From assembly GCA_045837725.1 (NCBI GenBank), contig JBEWZL010000078.1, forward strand, positions 1-64,000: a stretch of DNA of 64,000 nt. Direction: 5' to 3'. The notes below the pieces were generated by a model. It searched no databases. It had not been told where the DNA came from and saw only the letters and a program-made list of their open reading frames with translations. Positions within the stretch are counted from its first letter, which is position 1; every line of letters begins with the position of its first letter. Below, in pieces: positions 50,540 to 63,263 of the stretch. The stretch is from Vermamoeba vermiformis. Its lineage: Eukaryota. The position numbers and the translations under genes were made by a program.

Positions 50540-53500
50540 TTACAACTTGACGACCATCACACTAATGTTGTCGTCACTGCCAAGTAGGAAAGAGTAATCA
50601 CGCAGTCTCGTACTGGCTTTGAACGGATCGCTCTCGAGGCTGGCGACCTTCACTGCTGGCTCGTCTTCAACTTCGTCCCAAACACCGTCGCAGGCGATGA
50701 TGATGAATTTGTCGTCCTGCAATTGAGGGCATTAGAATGTGCAATTGTTACGAACACTACGAGACGTTTCATTGCGTGCTTACCGATGCAAGCTTTCGTT
50801 CGACAAAGTGAGGTGTGCACACGACAAATGGATGCAGGTAGAAGTCACCCAAGCTTCTGCTGACGGCCAGCTGTCCGTTTGTGCGGCCCCAGCCATCTCC
50901 ACTAACGAAGCCACCAGCGGCACGGATACGTTCTTCTTCTGCACGAGGCTTGTCATCGACAGTGAGACGCACTGCTCCTTTGGCACTCGCCAACACAGCT
51001 CGTGAGTCACCAACGTTAGCAACCAGCAATCTGAGCCATAGTTAGTGGCAAATTATACACGCGGGGATAAAATCGTACCTGTTCTCGATTATCAGCACAA
51101 CAACGGCTGTAGTGCCGCAGTGCTTGGAAGACATGCCTTTGCGTGACTTGAGGTGATTGCTGAACTCGTCATTCAATTCCGCGAAGATCTAAGTGATAGA
51201 TTAGCTCGAGTCCTCACGACAATCCTTCAAGCTTACCTTCACAAACAGCTCTTGTGCTGTCTTTTCATTAGACTTGACGAGTTCTGAGAGGTACTTGGCG
51301 ACTGTTGCTTTGACGTGCAGTGCCGAGTGATGAGCAGCCTCGCGTCCAGCGTGACCGTCGAAGAGTGCAAATAGTTCAGCCACTTTAGAAGAGCCGTCAA
51401 TTGGCAGACTGCCTTCGATGCACAACGCGTCTTCCATAGAGGGTCGTTGACCAATCATTTCAGCCCAACCAACCTTGAATCGTTTGCCTGTTTCGCGCAC
51501 TTCCAGCACGTGCTTCTTATCGTCGTCAACGAGTGGGTTATGGTCCACGATAATTTCTGCTTCTCGGTCACGCAAGCCAATCAAGCCTATTCGCGAATTA
51601 GTCTTGATACAACTTGTTTAATGATTGACATACCGTTTGGCAAGCGGGTGAGTTGATTGAATGAAATGTCAATTTCTTGAGGCGGAGCTTCGAGGTCGTA
51701 CCACCATCCAACGCAATCCCAAGGACCATCTGTGTAATTGTTAGTCCGTGCTCTGGATAGCTTGTTATAATTACCGTCATCTGTGGTCGTTTTGCCTTCA
51801 CTGCCGTCTTTAGTGTTGACGAGCTTGTTGTGGCTCACGTTCAATGAACGCAAACTGATCAACTTCCTCAGTTCAATAGGGAGGCTAGTCAGTTCGTTGT
51901 GGCTCAAGTCTAATTGTTCGAGTTGCATCAAGTTGCCTAACATCGTATTAGAGGCGTATTGATATAATGTGCAGGTGACTTACCAAGCTCTTTGGGGATG
52001 TTAGTGGCACCGATAGCAACGGCATGCAAGTTCTTCAAGTTGGGGCAGTGGTCAGCAATATCAGCAGGGATGGACTTCAGAGGGTTGAATGATACAAAGA
52101 GATCCTCCAGGGCCATCAGACCTTGCAAGGGAACACTGGACAACTGATTGTAACTCAAGTACAAGAACTGCAAGTACGAGAGCTGACTGAGATCGGGAAT
52201 AGACTTGATCTTGTTGCCGAACAAGTTGAGGTGTTGCAATGACGAGCAGTTGCTGAGTTCATTAGCCACCGAGTCAATCTCATTGTAACCGAGGTCGAGT
52301 GTGCTCAAGTTGGCAAGAGTTTCAACCTGGGCTGGAATACTGCGCAGTTTGTTGGCACGTACTTGCAGGCTAGTCAGAGTCGCCAGGGTCCAAAGGGACT
52401 TGGGCAAGTCAGTGAGGTTGTTATTGGACAAGGTGACTTCTTCAATCGCGGGCAACACATCGGGAGTAAACACTTTCTCATCGAGTTTGTCAAGCTTGTT
52501 GTTGGCGAGGTCTAATTGACGGAGATTCTCCAGCTTCAATTTGCCATTGCCGCTGTGAGCCGAAGTTAGCAACAGGCATCGTTGTCCTACCGAGTTAAAT
52601 TAAACATACCTCAAGAATGACTTGAGAGCGTTGTCGTTTAAGAACAGGGCTTGAATTGACGCTAGTTCAACAATAGACTGCGGCACTTCAGTCAATTGAT
52701 TGGTGCTGACGTCGAGGGTCTTCAACTTGCTCAATGATTTGAGCTCACTCGGCAACGTTTTGATGGCATTGTGCGTCAAATTGAGGCTCGTCAATGTGCC
52801 TAACTTGCCAATATCTCCGGGAATCTTTGCTAACCTAAAATAGAAATGTTAAGATTCAGGCAAGAAATTTAATTTTGTGCACAGATACGCACTTGTTGTA
52901 CGCGAGATTGAGAGTTTGAACTTTAGGCAAGGCTGCGATTTCAACGGGAAATTCGACGATCTGATTGGCAGACAAATCGAGCTTGGTCAATGCAGCGAGT
53001 TTGTCCAGGCCTGTAATGCAGTTAGACGAGTGATAGGTGTGTAATGTGCAATTAATTGTCATGTTTTGTACCTGAAGGGAATTTTGTGATAGAGTTACCA
53101 GCCAATGCAAACTCGGTCAGCGCAGTCAATTCAACAATCTCATTAGGCAGGGCCTTAAGCTGATTGTAATTGATGTCAAAAATTGCCAAGTCCTTCAAAT
53201 CCTTGATCTCTGTTCGATCCATTGTTAGTTTCGCGGGATTGTACGAATATTAATAACGTACTTGACGGCAGCTCGGTAATGACGTTGCGGAATAAATAGA
53301 GCTTCTTCAAATAGGGCTTTTCAAAGATCTCATCGGGTATTTCTTTCAAGCCGCGTGATGAACGGTCCATGACTGGATGAGCGTCAGTACTGGTGTCGTT
53401 GCATGAAAAAGAATTACTCACGTGGGATCTGGAATGGCGCGAGAGGATTGTTGGCAGGGGTGGCTTGACCAGGAAGTGGTGGAGGGGCCTTCTTGTTCAT

Positions 53501-54809
53501 GGAGCGCGGTGTAATGGCCGGAGCTTGTTTCTGTTCAGTGTATTCCTCGGTGTACTCCTCCTCGCCGTACTCTTCTTCAGCGTACTCCTCGGCATATTCT
53601 TCGCCGTATTCTTCGTCGTAGCCGTACTCCTCACCGTATTCTTCGTCATAACCTAACAATACGTTGTTAGTCCGCTGTACATGCACGCATCAATTAAAGC
53701 CGTTAGCGTACCGTATTCTTCACCAGCAGCTTCAGTGGCGGTGTTGGTCTCGTCAGTCTTGTTGGAGTCCGAGCTTTGACTCGCGGGGCCTGAAGAGTCT
53801 TTTTTCTTCTTGTCTTTCTTGTCCTTCTTCTCCTCTTTGTTCTCTTTGTCTTTTCTCTCGCCACGAGGAGTTTTGATTTTCTTATCTTTCTTGTCTTTGT
53901 CGCCCGTCTTGTCTTTCTTGTCTTTCTTCTCCACTGTAATCAAGTCAGTTAGTAACAATTGTGTACCGGTCCTGTAATGTGAATGCATACGTTTAAGCTT
54001 GGTTGCCTTGTCAGGCACAGCAGGACTGGCCGTGGCCTTATTTTCATCGCTCTTGCGCTTTTCTTTCTTCTCTTTGTCGTCTTTGTTTTTATCGTCCGGT
54101 TTGCCACCGCTCTTGCGATCTTCTTTCTTGTCTTCAGAAGTCTTCTTCACGTGGCCAGATTTACGTTCTTTCTCTGGCTTGTCCTCTTTTTTCTTGAGTT
54201 CTTTCTGATCGGATTTGACATCCTTCTTCTCGTCGGGCTTCTTCTCGCCAGATTTCTTCTCTAATTTTTTCAATTCGGGTTTTTTCTCCTCAGATTTAGG
54301 CTCTGGTTCAACAGCTTTCTCTGGCTCAGGCTTGATCGGCTGGTTCTTCTCTTCCTCTTTCTTTTTTTCTTCCTCGGCAAGTTGACGAGTAAGTTCAATT
54401 GGTCCAACAGTAGCATGGCCCTTGCGGACGCCAGGAGTGGGTTTGTTATCTTTAACGGGCGGTGTCGATCCTAGACTCGCTTTCTTCTTGTCCTCCTCGA
54501 ACTTTTTCTTCTCCTCTTCAAGCTTACGTTTTTCCTCTTCGAGTTTCTTTTTTTCTTCAAAAATTTCCTTCTCCATCGCTAATTTCTGCTTCTAAAACCA
54601 TTGTAATTAATTAAAAAATCTTTTTGAATTACATAAAAAATCTAAAATTGGAAATTTAATCGGGAGTGGTTGTAATCAACGATTTAAGCATCTGATCGAT
54701 CATATAAACATGAAATATTTACTTCAGCTTCCAGCTGCTGTCTTTCTAGAGCAAGTTTCTCCATCTCCAGCTTGAGCTTATCTTCGGAAGCGCTCGTATT
54801 GGTCGACAT
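50540..54809 (-). CDS. LRR + PP2C phosphatase (PHLPP-like architecture) with Lys/Glu-rich N-terminus
   Basis: Many LxxLxLxxNxL repeats; RPSMED, LFDGHAG, ANVGDSR, LAVSRSLGD, ACDGVWD, GSDDNIS. Confidence 0.92.
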
Positions 54810-55251
54810 TATTAGATGGGTTCGCTCTAATAATGTCTGCTGTTATTTACCGAGATATAGTGCAATTAACAACACATAAACGGAAAATCTCAATCCAACG
54901 CTAGGCACGTGGTTCGCTAATCACAAAAGAGGCCAAAATTAGCCTGCTCGTTACATCAACTTCCGAGGTTGGTACTATTGAGCTTCGGAAGTAGAGGGGA
55001 AAGGAAATTTGAGGAAGAACAAGGCTGTGCATCCGCGTTTCCTCAAGGTGCGAAAGAAAGTCAACACCGATTAAATATTCGATAGTTTATTTTCTTTCTC
55101 TTACTCATTTCGTATTTTGAACATCGACTCGGGTTGAACATTATACACTTTCTGGGTTTAAAATATAAATGAGGAGTGAGAGCCCGCGCGACCAAAAATT
55201 GACATTTTCAGTTTTTCTCTCATTCTGTAGTCAATCCACTAATGGTGTTCA

Positions 55252-58200
55252 ATGAGTGATCATCATAGTAATCATATAGGACTCGCAGTGCGGCATAACG
55301 GTGTCGATACCATTGATAACCAACTCGCGGATAATCAACTTTATTCTCACAAGAGAAAAAGGGAGGATCTAGATTCTGATAGTGATATAGAAGAACAACC
55401 TCGAAGAAAAACAGCAAAAATGGCCACGAAGAACGGATTGAAGGCATCTGGAGGTGTAGCCAAACAACAACCAAAAAAATTAATTATCAAAAGCTTCAAA
55501 GGTAAATATCGCATTAATATATTGAAATACATAAGCAAGACGTAATTATGGTAATTATAATTTAATAAAAAAATTCAGGCATTACTGAGATCGAAAGAAA
55601 AATTTTCATAGCGATCTCGTCATTTTAATTTTGTTAAATATTTTATTAACAAATTATACATAGTCAAGCCTACATTACCCGATAATTTTGAAGAAGAAAC
55701 GTGGGTCAAGTTGAGACAAGCCATCCATGCAATTTACGAGAAACAAGCAATTGCTTCCAGCTTGGAAGAGTTGTATAAGGTAAAAATATTACAATATTAT
55801 ATTAAATAATTTGCACTTGAAGTATCAATTTACTGAATTTAATACTAATTTCCGATCGCGATCTCTAATTCAAAAATGATGCATAGGGAGTAGAGAACTT
55901 ATGTGACCATAAAATGGCAGAGTCTTTATATAAGAAATTCGAGACCGAAGTTGACGAGCACACCAAGTTCTTGTTCAAACACTTGCACGATCTGCAACAT
56001 ACAGACACCACTTCATTTTTGTACAGTCTTAATAATTTGTGGAAAGATTATTGCGATCAGATGGTACGTACCATTTATATGCTATCCTCGTTATAATACA
56101 CTAACTGATTTGTCAGCTATTAATTCGATCGATATTTTTGTATTTGGACCGAAAATACGCGCTATCAGCCTCATTGAACGCGAGCATGACTGGCGTGCGG
56201 TCAATATGGTACGAATAGGACTAGTATACATCGTCTAGTGCTCTTATTAATCTTGCGTATAGGGACTTGGCGTTGCATTTGTTCAGAGAAAATGTCATTT
56301 CACCCCCTGAGACAGACAAGCGTGTCCTGTCAGGTCTGTTAGCGCTCATTGAACAAGACAGACTCGGCGAGACAGTGGACCGAACACTCGTCAGCAGTCT
56401 GGTGCGCATGTACTCGGCACTCAATCTCTACACTGATCACTTTGAGAAGCACTTCTTGGAGACCACGCACTCGTTCTACGTCGCTGAGAGTGAGAGCAAG
56501 ATGCAAGACATTGATGTGAGTCGAACATACAGAGCAATGACTAGCAGGACTAATTCTGATGTGACAGGTCGCGCAGTATTTGACGCACATTGAAAAGCGA
56601 TTAGAACAAGAAAACACACGCGTGGTCAATTATTTGGAGTCCAAGACACGCAAGCCCTTGATTCAAACACTCGAACAGACCATGCTAGCGGCACACCTCG
56701 AGGGCATGATCAACAAGGGATTCGATGCATTGATAGATGAGAATAAGAAGGACGATTTGAAGAAAATGTACACTCTATTTGGACGCGTCAATGGCGCTCA
56801 GCATCTGAAGAAAGCATGGAACTCGTATATTAAGGTACGCTTAATCCTAGCATTTTGTTACCGATCAAGACTAACACTCATCTCAGCGCCGCGGCACAGC
56901 ACTCGTGACCGACCAACAGAAGGACAAAACAATGATTGAAGAGTTGTTGGCGTTCAAACAAAAGACCGACTCTATTCTCGAAGAGTCCTTTGAGAAGCAC
57001 GATGACTTTGCGTACACCACCAAAGAGGCCTTTGAATATTTCATTAATGCACGTCAAAATGCCCCCGCAGAGCTATTGGCCAAGTTTGTGCACGGAAAAC
57101 TCCGATCAGGCGTGTCAAAAGCAACATCGGACGAGGAGTTAGACGTGTTGATGGACCGCATCATGCAAATATTCAGATTTATCAATGGCAAAGACGTCTT
57201 CGAAGCGTTTTACAAGAAAGATTTGGGCAAACGTCTGTTGTTAGGCAAGAGCCGATCAGTTGATGCCGAGAAAGCGATGATTTCCAAGCTCAAATCTGAG
57301 TGCGGTGCTGGCTTCACGAACAAGATGGAAGGCATGTTCAAGGACATTGAGCTGTCACGTGATATGATGGGCACATTCAAAGAGCACGTCAAAAGCAGTT
57401 CCTTGCAACTGAAGCCAATTGACATGAACGTCTATATTTTGACCACTGGCTACTGGCCTACTTACACCCCTGTCGCTGTCACTTTGCCTGCCGAGGTATG
57501 TTTTTGTATCACCACATTGGCGCATAGATTGTTAACATCTTTTGATTACAGCTTCTTGAGTTGCAAGAGACATTCACCAAGTTCTACTACAGCAAGTACA
57601 ACAGTCGTCGTTTGGTGTGGCAGAACGCGCTCGGTCAATGCGTGTTAAAGGCGTGGTTCCCTAAGGGTCGCAAAGAACTCTCCGTGTCACTGTTCCAAAG
57701 TGTCGTGCTGATGTTGTTCAACGACAACGAGACATTGACTTTTGACCAATTGAAAGCTCAGTCTGGACTCGAAGAAGGCGAGCTCAAGCGCACATTGCAG
57801 TCCCTCGCTCTGGGCAAGGTACGCGTCTTGTCCAAAGAACCGAAGACCAAAGACGTAGAGACCGAAGACACATTCACGTACAGAAGAGATTTCACGGCTA
57901 AGTTAGTGCGTCTTAAGATCAATGCGGTGCAAATGAAAGAAACGGTAAGTCAGCCCGCTCGTGTTACTGAAACCCATTTCTAACCTTTCAATGACGACAG
58001 AAAGAAGAGCAAACTAAGACGCAAGAAGGTGTGTTCCAAGACAGACAATATCAAGTTGATGCTGCCATTGTCCGCATCATGAAAGCACGCAAGACTTTGC
58101 CACACAACGTGCTCATGAGTGAATTGTATCAACAGCTCAAGTTCCCAGTCAAGGCAAGTATTTCTTCAGGTTATCAGCGCATATTTTCTAACACATTCCA

Positions 58201-58299
58201 CAGCCTGCAGACTTGAAGAAGCGTATTGAGAGCTTGATTGAACGCGACTACCTCGAGCGAACACCAGACGACGCCAATGTGTACAACTATTTAGCTTAG
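55252..58299 (+). CDS. CUL4: Cullin-4
   Basis: [60 protein letters not shown]. Confidence 0.95.
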
Positions 58300-58438
58300 T
58301 GTCCTGGTGATGTAAAAATTTGTTTTTTAGTGCCCAAGTCATTTTGCGAATCTTAGCAGAACAGCGACAGCAATCCCACAATAGTTTTCCTCCATATTAC
58401 ACGTGCAATATTCAATCCAAGGGCTCGACGACCACCGC

Positions 58439-58588
58439 GCAGGGATGCACCGGCACCGTACTTCCTCGATTTGCTTATAGCTAAGTTGGTATAGCGAAAC
58501 GCTGATAACGTTTAGGTCACGAGTTCGACTCTCGTTAAGCATCCTTTGTCTTCTTAGTACGTGCTGCTATCATCCTGCTTTTTTTTTT
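58439..58588 (+). ncRNA. Hairpin-enclosed tRNA-like cassette 1
   Basis: 5' flank GCAGGGATGCACCGGCACCGTAC pairs with 3' flank GTACGTGCTGCTATCATCCTGC; followed by T10. Confidence 0.7.
58471..58543 (+). tRNA. tRNA-Ile(GAU)-like cloverleaf, bacterial/organellar type, non-standard acceptor end
   Basis: TGCTTA/TAAGCA acceptor with 1:72 T-T mismatch and C73; D stem GCTA/TAGC; AAACG-CTGATAA-CGTTT; ACGAG-TTCGACT-CTCGT. Confidence 0.8.
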
Positions 58589-58787
58589 GCACAACATGAG
58601 CCTGGATAATGACAGCACCATCAGCATATTCAGTGACTAAAGCGCTGGAGGCATCGTTGTTGATGATGACAACAGAGAGTCCAGTGTTGCATCTGCGAAA
58701 TTTGACGGAAAGGAGGTTGGCATCCCATAACTCTTCTGTAGTATTATAACAACACGCAAATAAGATTTTGCCGGCCTACCAGTAGTT

Positions 58788-58929
58788 AGGGATGCACCGG
58801 TACTGTACTTCATCGCTTGCTTTTAGTTTAATGGTTAAACGAAATCCTTCCAAGATTTAGTTATGAGTTCGATTCTCGTAAAGCAAAATTACTTTCTTCT
58901 GTACATGCTGCTATCATCCTCTTTTTTTT
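58788..58929 (+). ncRNA. Hairpin-enclosed tRNA-like cassette 2
   Basis: 5' flank AGGGATGCACCGGTACTGTAC pairs with 3' flank GTACATGCTGCTATCATCCT; followed by T8. Confidence 0.7.
58817..58887 (+). tRNA. tRNA-Gly(UCC)-like cloverleaf, non-standard acceptor end
   Basis: TTGCTTT/AAAGCAA acceptor; D stem GTTT/AAAC; AAATC-CTTCCAA-GATTT; 4-nt variable loop; ATGAG-TTCGATT-CTCGT. Confidence 0.8.
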
Positions 58930-59035
58930 GCTCGGCTGGCGAGCGATGGAGGTCCGTTCCCGCTTGCAAAAATTTAAAAACTATTTGCCTGCAAAAAAAG
59001 TCATTTAAAACAAATTCTCTGTCAGAGTAACACAT

Positions 59036-59660
59036 ATGAAAAGAGCTAACAGCGATCGTGTTAGTGTTGCTTCTGTTCAACAGCGCTCTGAAGCAATAGA
59101 GCTTTGTACCGCTTCAAGCGAGGTAGAACCATCACCGGCGCCTCTGACCCTCAAAGAAAAAGTCCTGACGAGCTTTATCACCGCTGGGATTAACGAGCGA
59201 GTGGCAGACGACTTTTTGTCGCAATGTGAAGCAGCTTTGCCGATGGATTCTGACAAGAATTGGATATTGCGATTCATTCGAGAACAACACGAGCTAATTA
59301 GTGAAACAAAGCCAGACCTCTTGACCGACACTGCAGGATACTTTGAAGCACTTGGATTTGATCACACACCCTCGGTCGATCCCGAGATTTGGAAATATGA
59401 AACTCTCATCAATGTTGCCATACTTCTCATTCACGATTCTCTGGCGGTCATCACTTGCCAGCTAGGTGACAACGTGCCTCTTGACACATGGACTCTCGTG
59501 CCAGCCAATTCAGTGTCCGCCACGAATGGTTCGAAAAAAGTGGGTGTGGGTTGAGCGTTAGAGCTCAGGTGAGCAGAAGCACTTGGACTGATAGCGCCTT
59601 GGTGGCCGTGTATCAAGACTGCACTACACTAGTAGCTTTCTACTTGGGTTTAATAAATAA
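59036..59660 (+). CDS. Hypothetical protein
   Basis: 172-codon ATG-initiated ORF with protein-like composition; possible last intron; no motif recognised. Confidence 0.4.
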
Positions 59661-59686
59661 GAGTTCGTATAATACAAGTGTCAGTC

Positions 59687-61191
59687 CTAGTACTGATTGA
59701 ATTGCCGCAGCTGATTGGCGAGTTGATGCAATGTGGTCTTGCGCTGCAGATTGTAATGCTGCTGCACTTGTTGCTCATCAGTGACCACTTCACCCTCGTG
59801 GTGCTCGTCGTCCATGTGCGGAGTGGTGCTCACACCAAAGCCATTCTGCGGGGGCGGTGTTTGATACACTGGCTGGACATTGACGGGCTGTGCTTGAGGA
59901 TAGGGCTGCTGCACATATTGGAACTGTTGTGGGGGCATGGCACCGATGACATGGGCGTACATGAAGCCGTTGATGCCGGGATGTGCGCCTTTGAAGGGTT
60001 TGAGGGTGACTGTGCGCTGCTGGTAGGTGAGTCTGTTGCGCACGAGCAACTCGAGTGTGCCCTGTGCCTCGAGCGTGTTCTGCGTCAGTTGTGTGTAGAG
60101 CCGCTCGGCTTCTTTGAAATCAGGGGCCTGACAGCCGTGTTAGCGAGCGGTGTTTGACATGTTGACACGTGTCATGTGAGTACTTACAATGGGCTGTCCG
60201 TTGACGCTGAGAATCAGGTCCTCGTGCATGTGCAGTCCAGCGAATGCGGCGGGTGAGTTGTCGAACACTTTGACGACCAACAGCCCTGCTTGACCGACTG
60301 GCACTGTGACAGCAGTGGCCATCACGAGACTGGCGACATTGAGCATGTTCTCTTGCGGCTTGGTCTGATCGAGCAGTTGCACATTGTAGAGCTGTTTGAT
60401 CTCGTGATCGTCCATGCCAACCTCTTGCATTGCTCGCTTGAAGCGATCGGCGATCTGCAGCAGTGACCTCATTTAGTACCGGCCACAGTAAATTGTTGCA
60501 AAGTTACTTACGACAGTGCGACCCTCGTTAGATGTCGCTAGCTCAGCGATCTTCGCTTTGAGTGCATCGACCCACATGTTTCTATCGGTGTAGACTGTTA
60601 GAATTGAAGGCCTCTAGGGTACTCGCGTGATTTGGATCTTACCGCTGTTGATCACTCTCAGCCATCAAGTACCACGTGCGGGAGTGTATTGACCCGACCT
60701 TCCCGGGGGACTCGATCTTAAAGCAGTGCTGCTTCTTGATGACTGGGTAGATGTACACGCCACCACTCTAGCCGCGCGTTAGCAAAGAAGATTTTGTGAT
60801 TCTATGGGCAGTATATATGACCGTTACTATACTACTTACGCGCACACTCCAGCCCACTGCATTGTATGCACGGCGCTCAATGCCGGTGTGAACGATGCTT
60901 GCTTCGCTGAAAGGTGCAATTGGAATTATATGGTACTTCTTGTCGGCATCGGCCTCCTGTAGTGAGGATTAGCGTCATGTATGTAAAGCACGTCCCCGAG
61001 TTATAATACCTTTTTTTTCTTCCAGTAGTGAATCTCGTTGCCGACAAGGCGAAAATATCTATAAATTGGGTCAGTATTATTCTTAATATTATTTTATTCT
61101 TATAATACCTCTTCTGCCACTTCTCAGGGAACGAATAGCCCAGCTTGACAAGTTTGCCTTCGATTACTTGATATGCGAGTTTAGCGTCCAT
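59687..61191 (-). CDS. PH + PDZ domain protein with Gln/Pro-rich tail
   Basis: IEGKLVKLG..WQKRYF and DRNMWVDAL (PH); VKVFDNSPAAFAGL..DLILSVNG (PDZ). Confidence 0.8.
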
Positions 61192-61659
61192 TCTAATGAT
61201 TCGATGCGATTGGAGCGCAGTATATGTAGAGTGTGCTGTGTTGTAAGTAAGTATCGACCTATCTGAATGACTGGTCAACGGTTTTATTTGTTTTCCTTTC
61301 ACAAAGCACGTGACGGATCAGATAATGATTCAAAAATTGATTTTCTTTGATTTTAATCTGCGAAACTAAGTGCATTCATCAATGAATTGCAAGGTTTGTT
61401 CACCATTAGACTCATTTTAGGAGTTTTGTTTTTTTTTTTTTTGTTTTTTTTTTTTTTGTGTAAATACGCTTAAAATTTTAGCAAATGCTCTGGCTTGGGG
61501 AATAAGAATCAAATTTCAGCTGAGAAGTCCCCAAAAGGAAAATGTCGCCGCAAGATTTTTGTTAACAAGCTAAGCCTTATTGAAGCGTCACTTTGTTATT
61601 ATTGTCTCAATTGTGCAGCATACCAGCCTCGTCACGCAGAGAAAACTAAATCCTTCAAC

Positions 61660-62584
61660 ATGGGTCTATTCGGTTCTAAGCATCAAGCAGACCTCTTCCA
61701 AGGTCAGTACCATATTCACAGAGTCATCAGCAATGTACTTGAGGTTGCAATCGTGCGTGCCACCGAGTTTGCTGATGCCGATCAACCCCAACTCAACTTG
61801 AAGAACAGTAAGGGTCAAACTGTAGCAACCAATTACAGTGATCTTTGCTTAATTACATTCATCACGTCTGGATTATTTTGGAAGAGCACCACTGGCACGA
61901 AGAGAATCTCATCTTCAACGTTGTCAAAGAGAAAGCACCAGCGACCGCAGCAGCAATCGAGGTAATTTAGAATAAGATTCTGTTTAAACTTAATTAGAGC
62001 TAATGCACCCGTTTTTACTTTTCCGTTTTTTTAATGAGTTCAATTAGGGATTTGAAAAGGACCACGTACAGCTCATGGACTTACTCCACCGACTAGATAC
62101 GCGCGTTCACGAGAAGGATATTAAGTCAGTTGGACCTCACGCCAAAGAAGTGGCTTCGTTGCTGACGCAGATCAAAGAGCTGGTTCTGCCACACTTCCAA
62201 GGCGAAGAGCAAGCACTGTCGCGCGAACAACTGCAAAAAGTACTCACTGCTGAGGATCAGAACGATATTGAGAGCAAAATATTGAAGCACGTGCAGGCCA
62301 GTGCGCAGTCCAACGTTAGATTAGCCATCATGTACTACACCCAATCGGATGCTGACCGCAACAGCATGTTTGCTGCAGTTCCTCGCTTCGTTACCAAGTA
62401 AGTTGTGGTAGTATAGTTTATAACATTGCAAATTTATGCGCGGGATAATTGCGAGGTATTTTTTGCCTGTTTAGGTGCATCCGTGGAGCACGACACATTT
62501 TAACGTTACAAACCTAGGTTACTGTTGCCCTATGCGTTCTACATGAGCTATCGACACCTCACCGTCTTCTTCACCAACTACTAG
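61660..62584 (+). CDS. Hemerythrin (HHE) domain protein; unresolved frame break near 61810-61845
   Basis: YHIHRVI, EEHHWHEENLIF, LKKDH/HVQL, PHFQGEEQ. Confidence 0.7.
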
Positions 62585-62737
62585 ATGCAAGGCTTGGTAG
62601 CTAAAAGTACAAGTTTATTTTACAGATTTCGCTTGATTCGCAAGTTATAATAGTTTTCGTAGCGGCGAGGTTTGCAGAGCCTCGACACTATGTTGTAGTA
62701 TATAATACAATTCATTATCCAATCCTTGTGTATCGCA

Positions 62738-63263
62738 TTACGTGAGCAGGAACTTGCCCTCGTTGATGGCCTTGCAAAAGACGTAGAACTTGGTGCGCAA
62801 CAAGCACTCGATGTCATTGCGCGCGTCATCGAATATTGCTTTGTGCGGCTGACCCTGCTGCATCACAATCTCTTCTGTTAAATATTCGGGAACGTAGACG
62901 TAGTATTCCGAATCTGGATTGAAATACTTGTCCAATAACTCCGAGACCCGTTCTTTCAAGTCCTCTTTGTCTTCGTAACTTTCATTCGCGAATTCGGTCA
63001 TTTCTTTGTAGAAATACAGTGCTTCGGTGCACAGTTCTGAGGCTAGATACGACTCGAAGTGTCGGTACAACTCGTTGTTTTTCAGAATTTGATCAAACGA
63101 TTCTTCTTTAATTATCATGGCTCTGCTATTTGAGCGACTAAAATATAATTTTAACGTTAGTCCATTACTTTTCGGGAACTTAATCCGGTACAATGACCTA
63201 CCTGCTCGCACGACGGAAGCACAGTCCTCGGGAACTCCGCCCTCGTGGTGCCACTGGTTCCAT
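62738..63263 (-). CDS. RGS domain protein
   Basis: SFDQILKN..FESYLASELCTEALYFY..LLDKYF..IFDDA. Confidence 0.85.

Noticed and set aside
61805-61845. Frame break in the hemerythrin gene
   Set aside because: No splice combination I tried restores the frame; likely a small assembly indel or mutation, with no evidence of recoding
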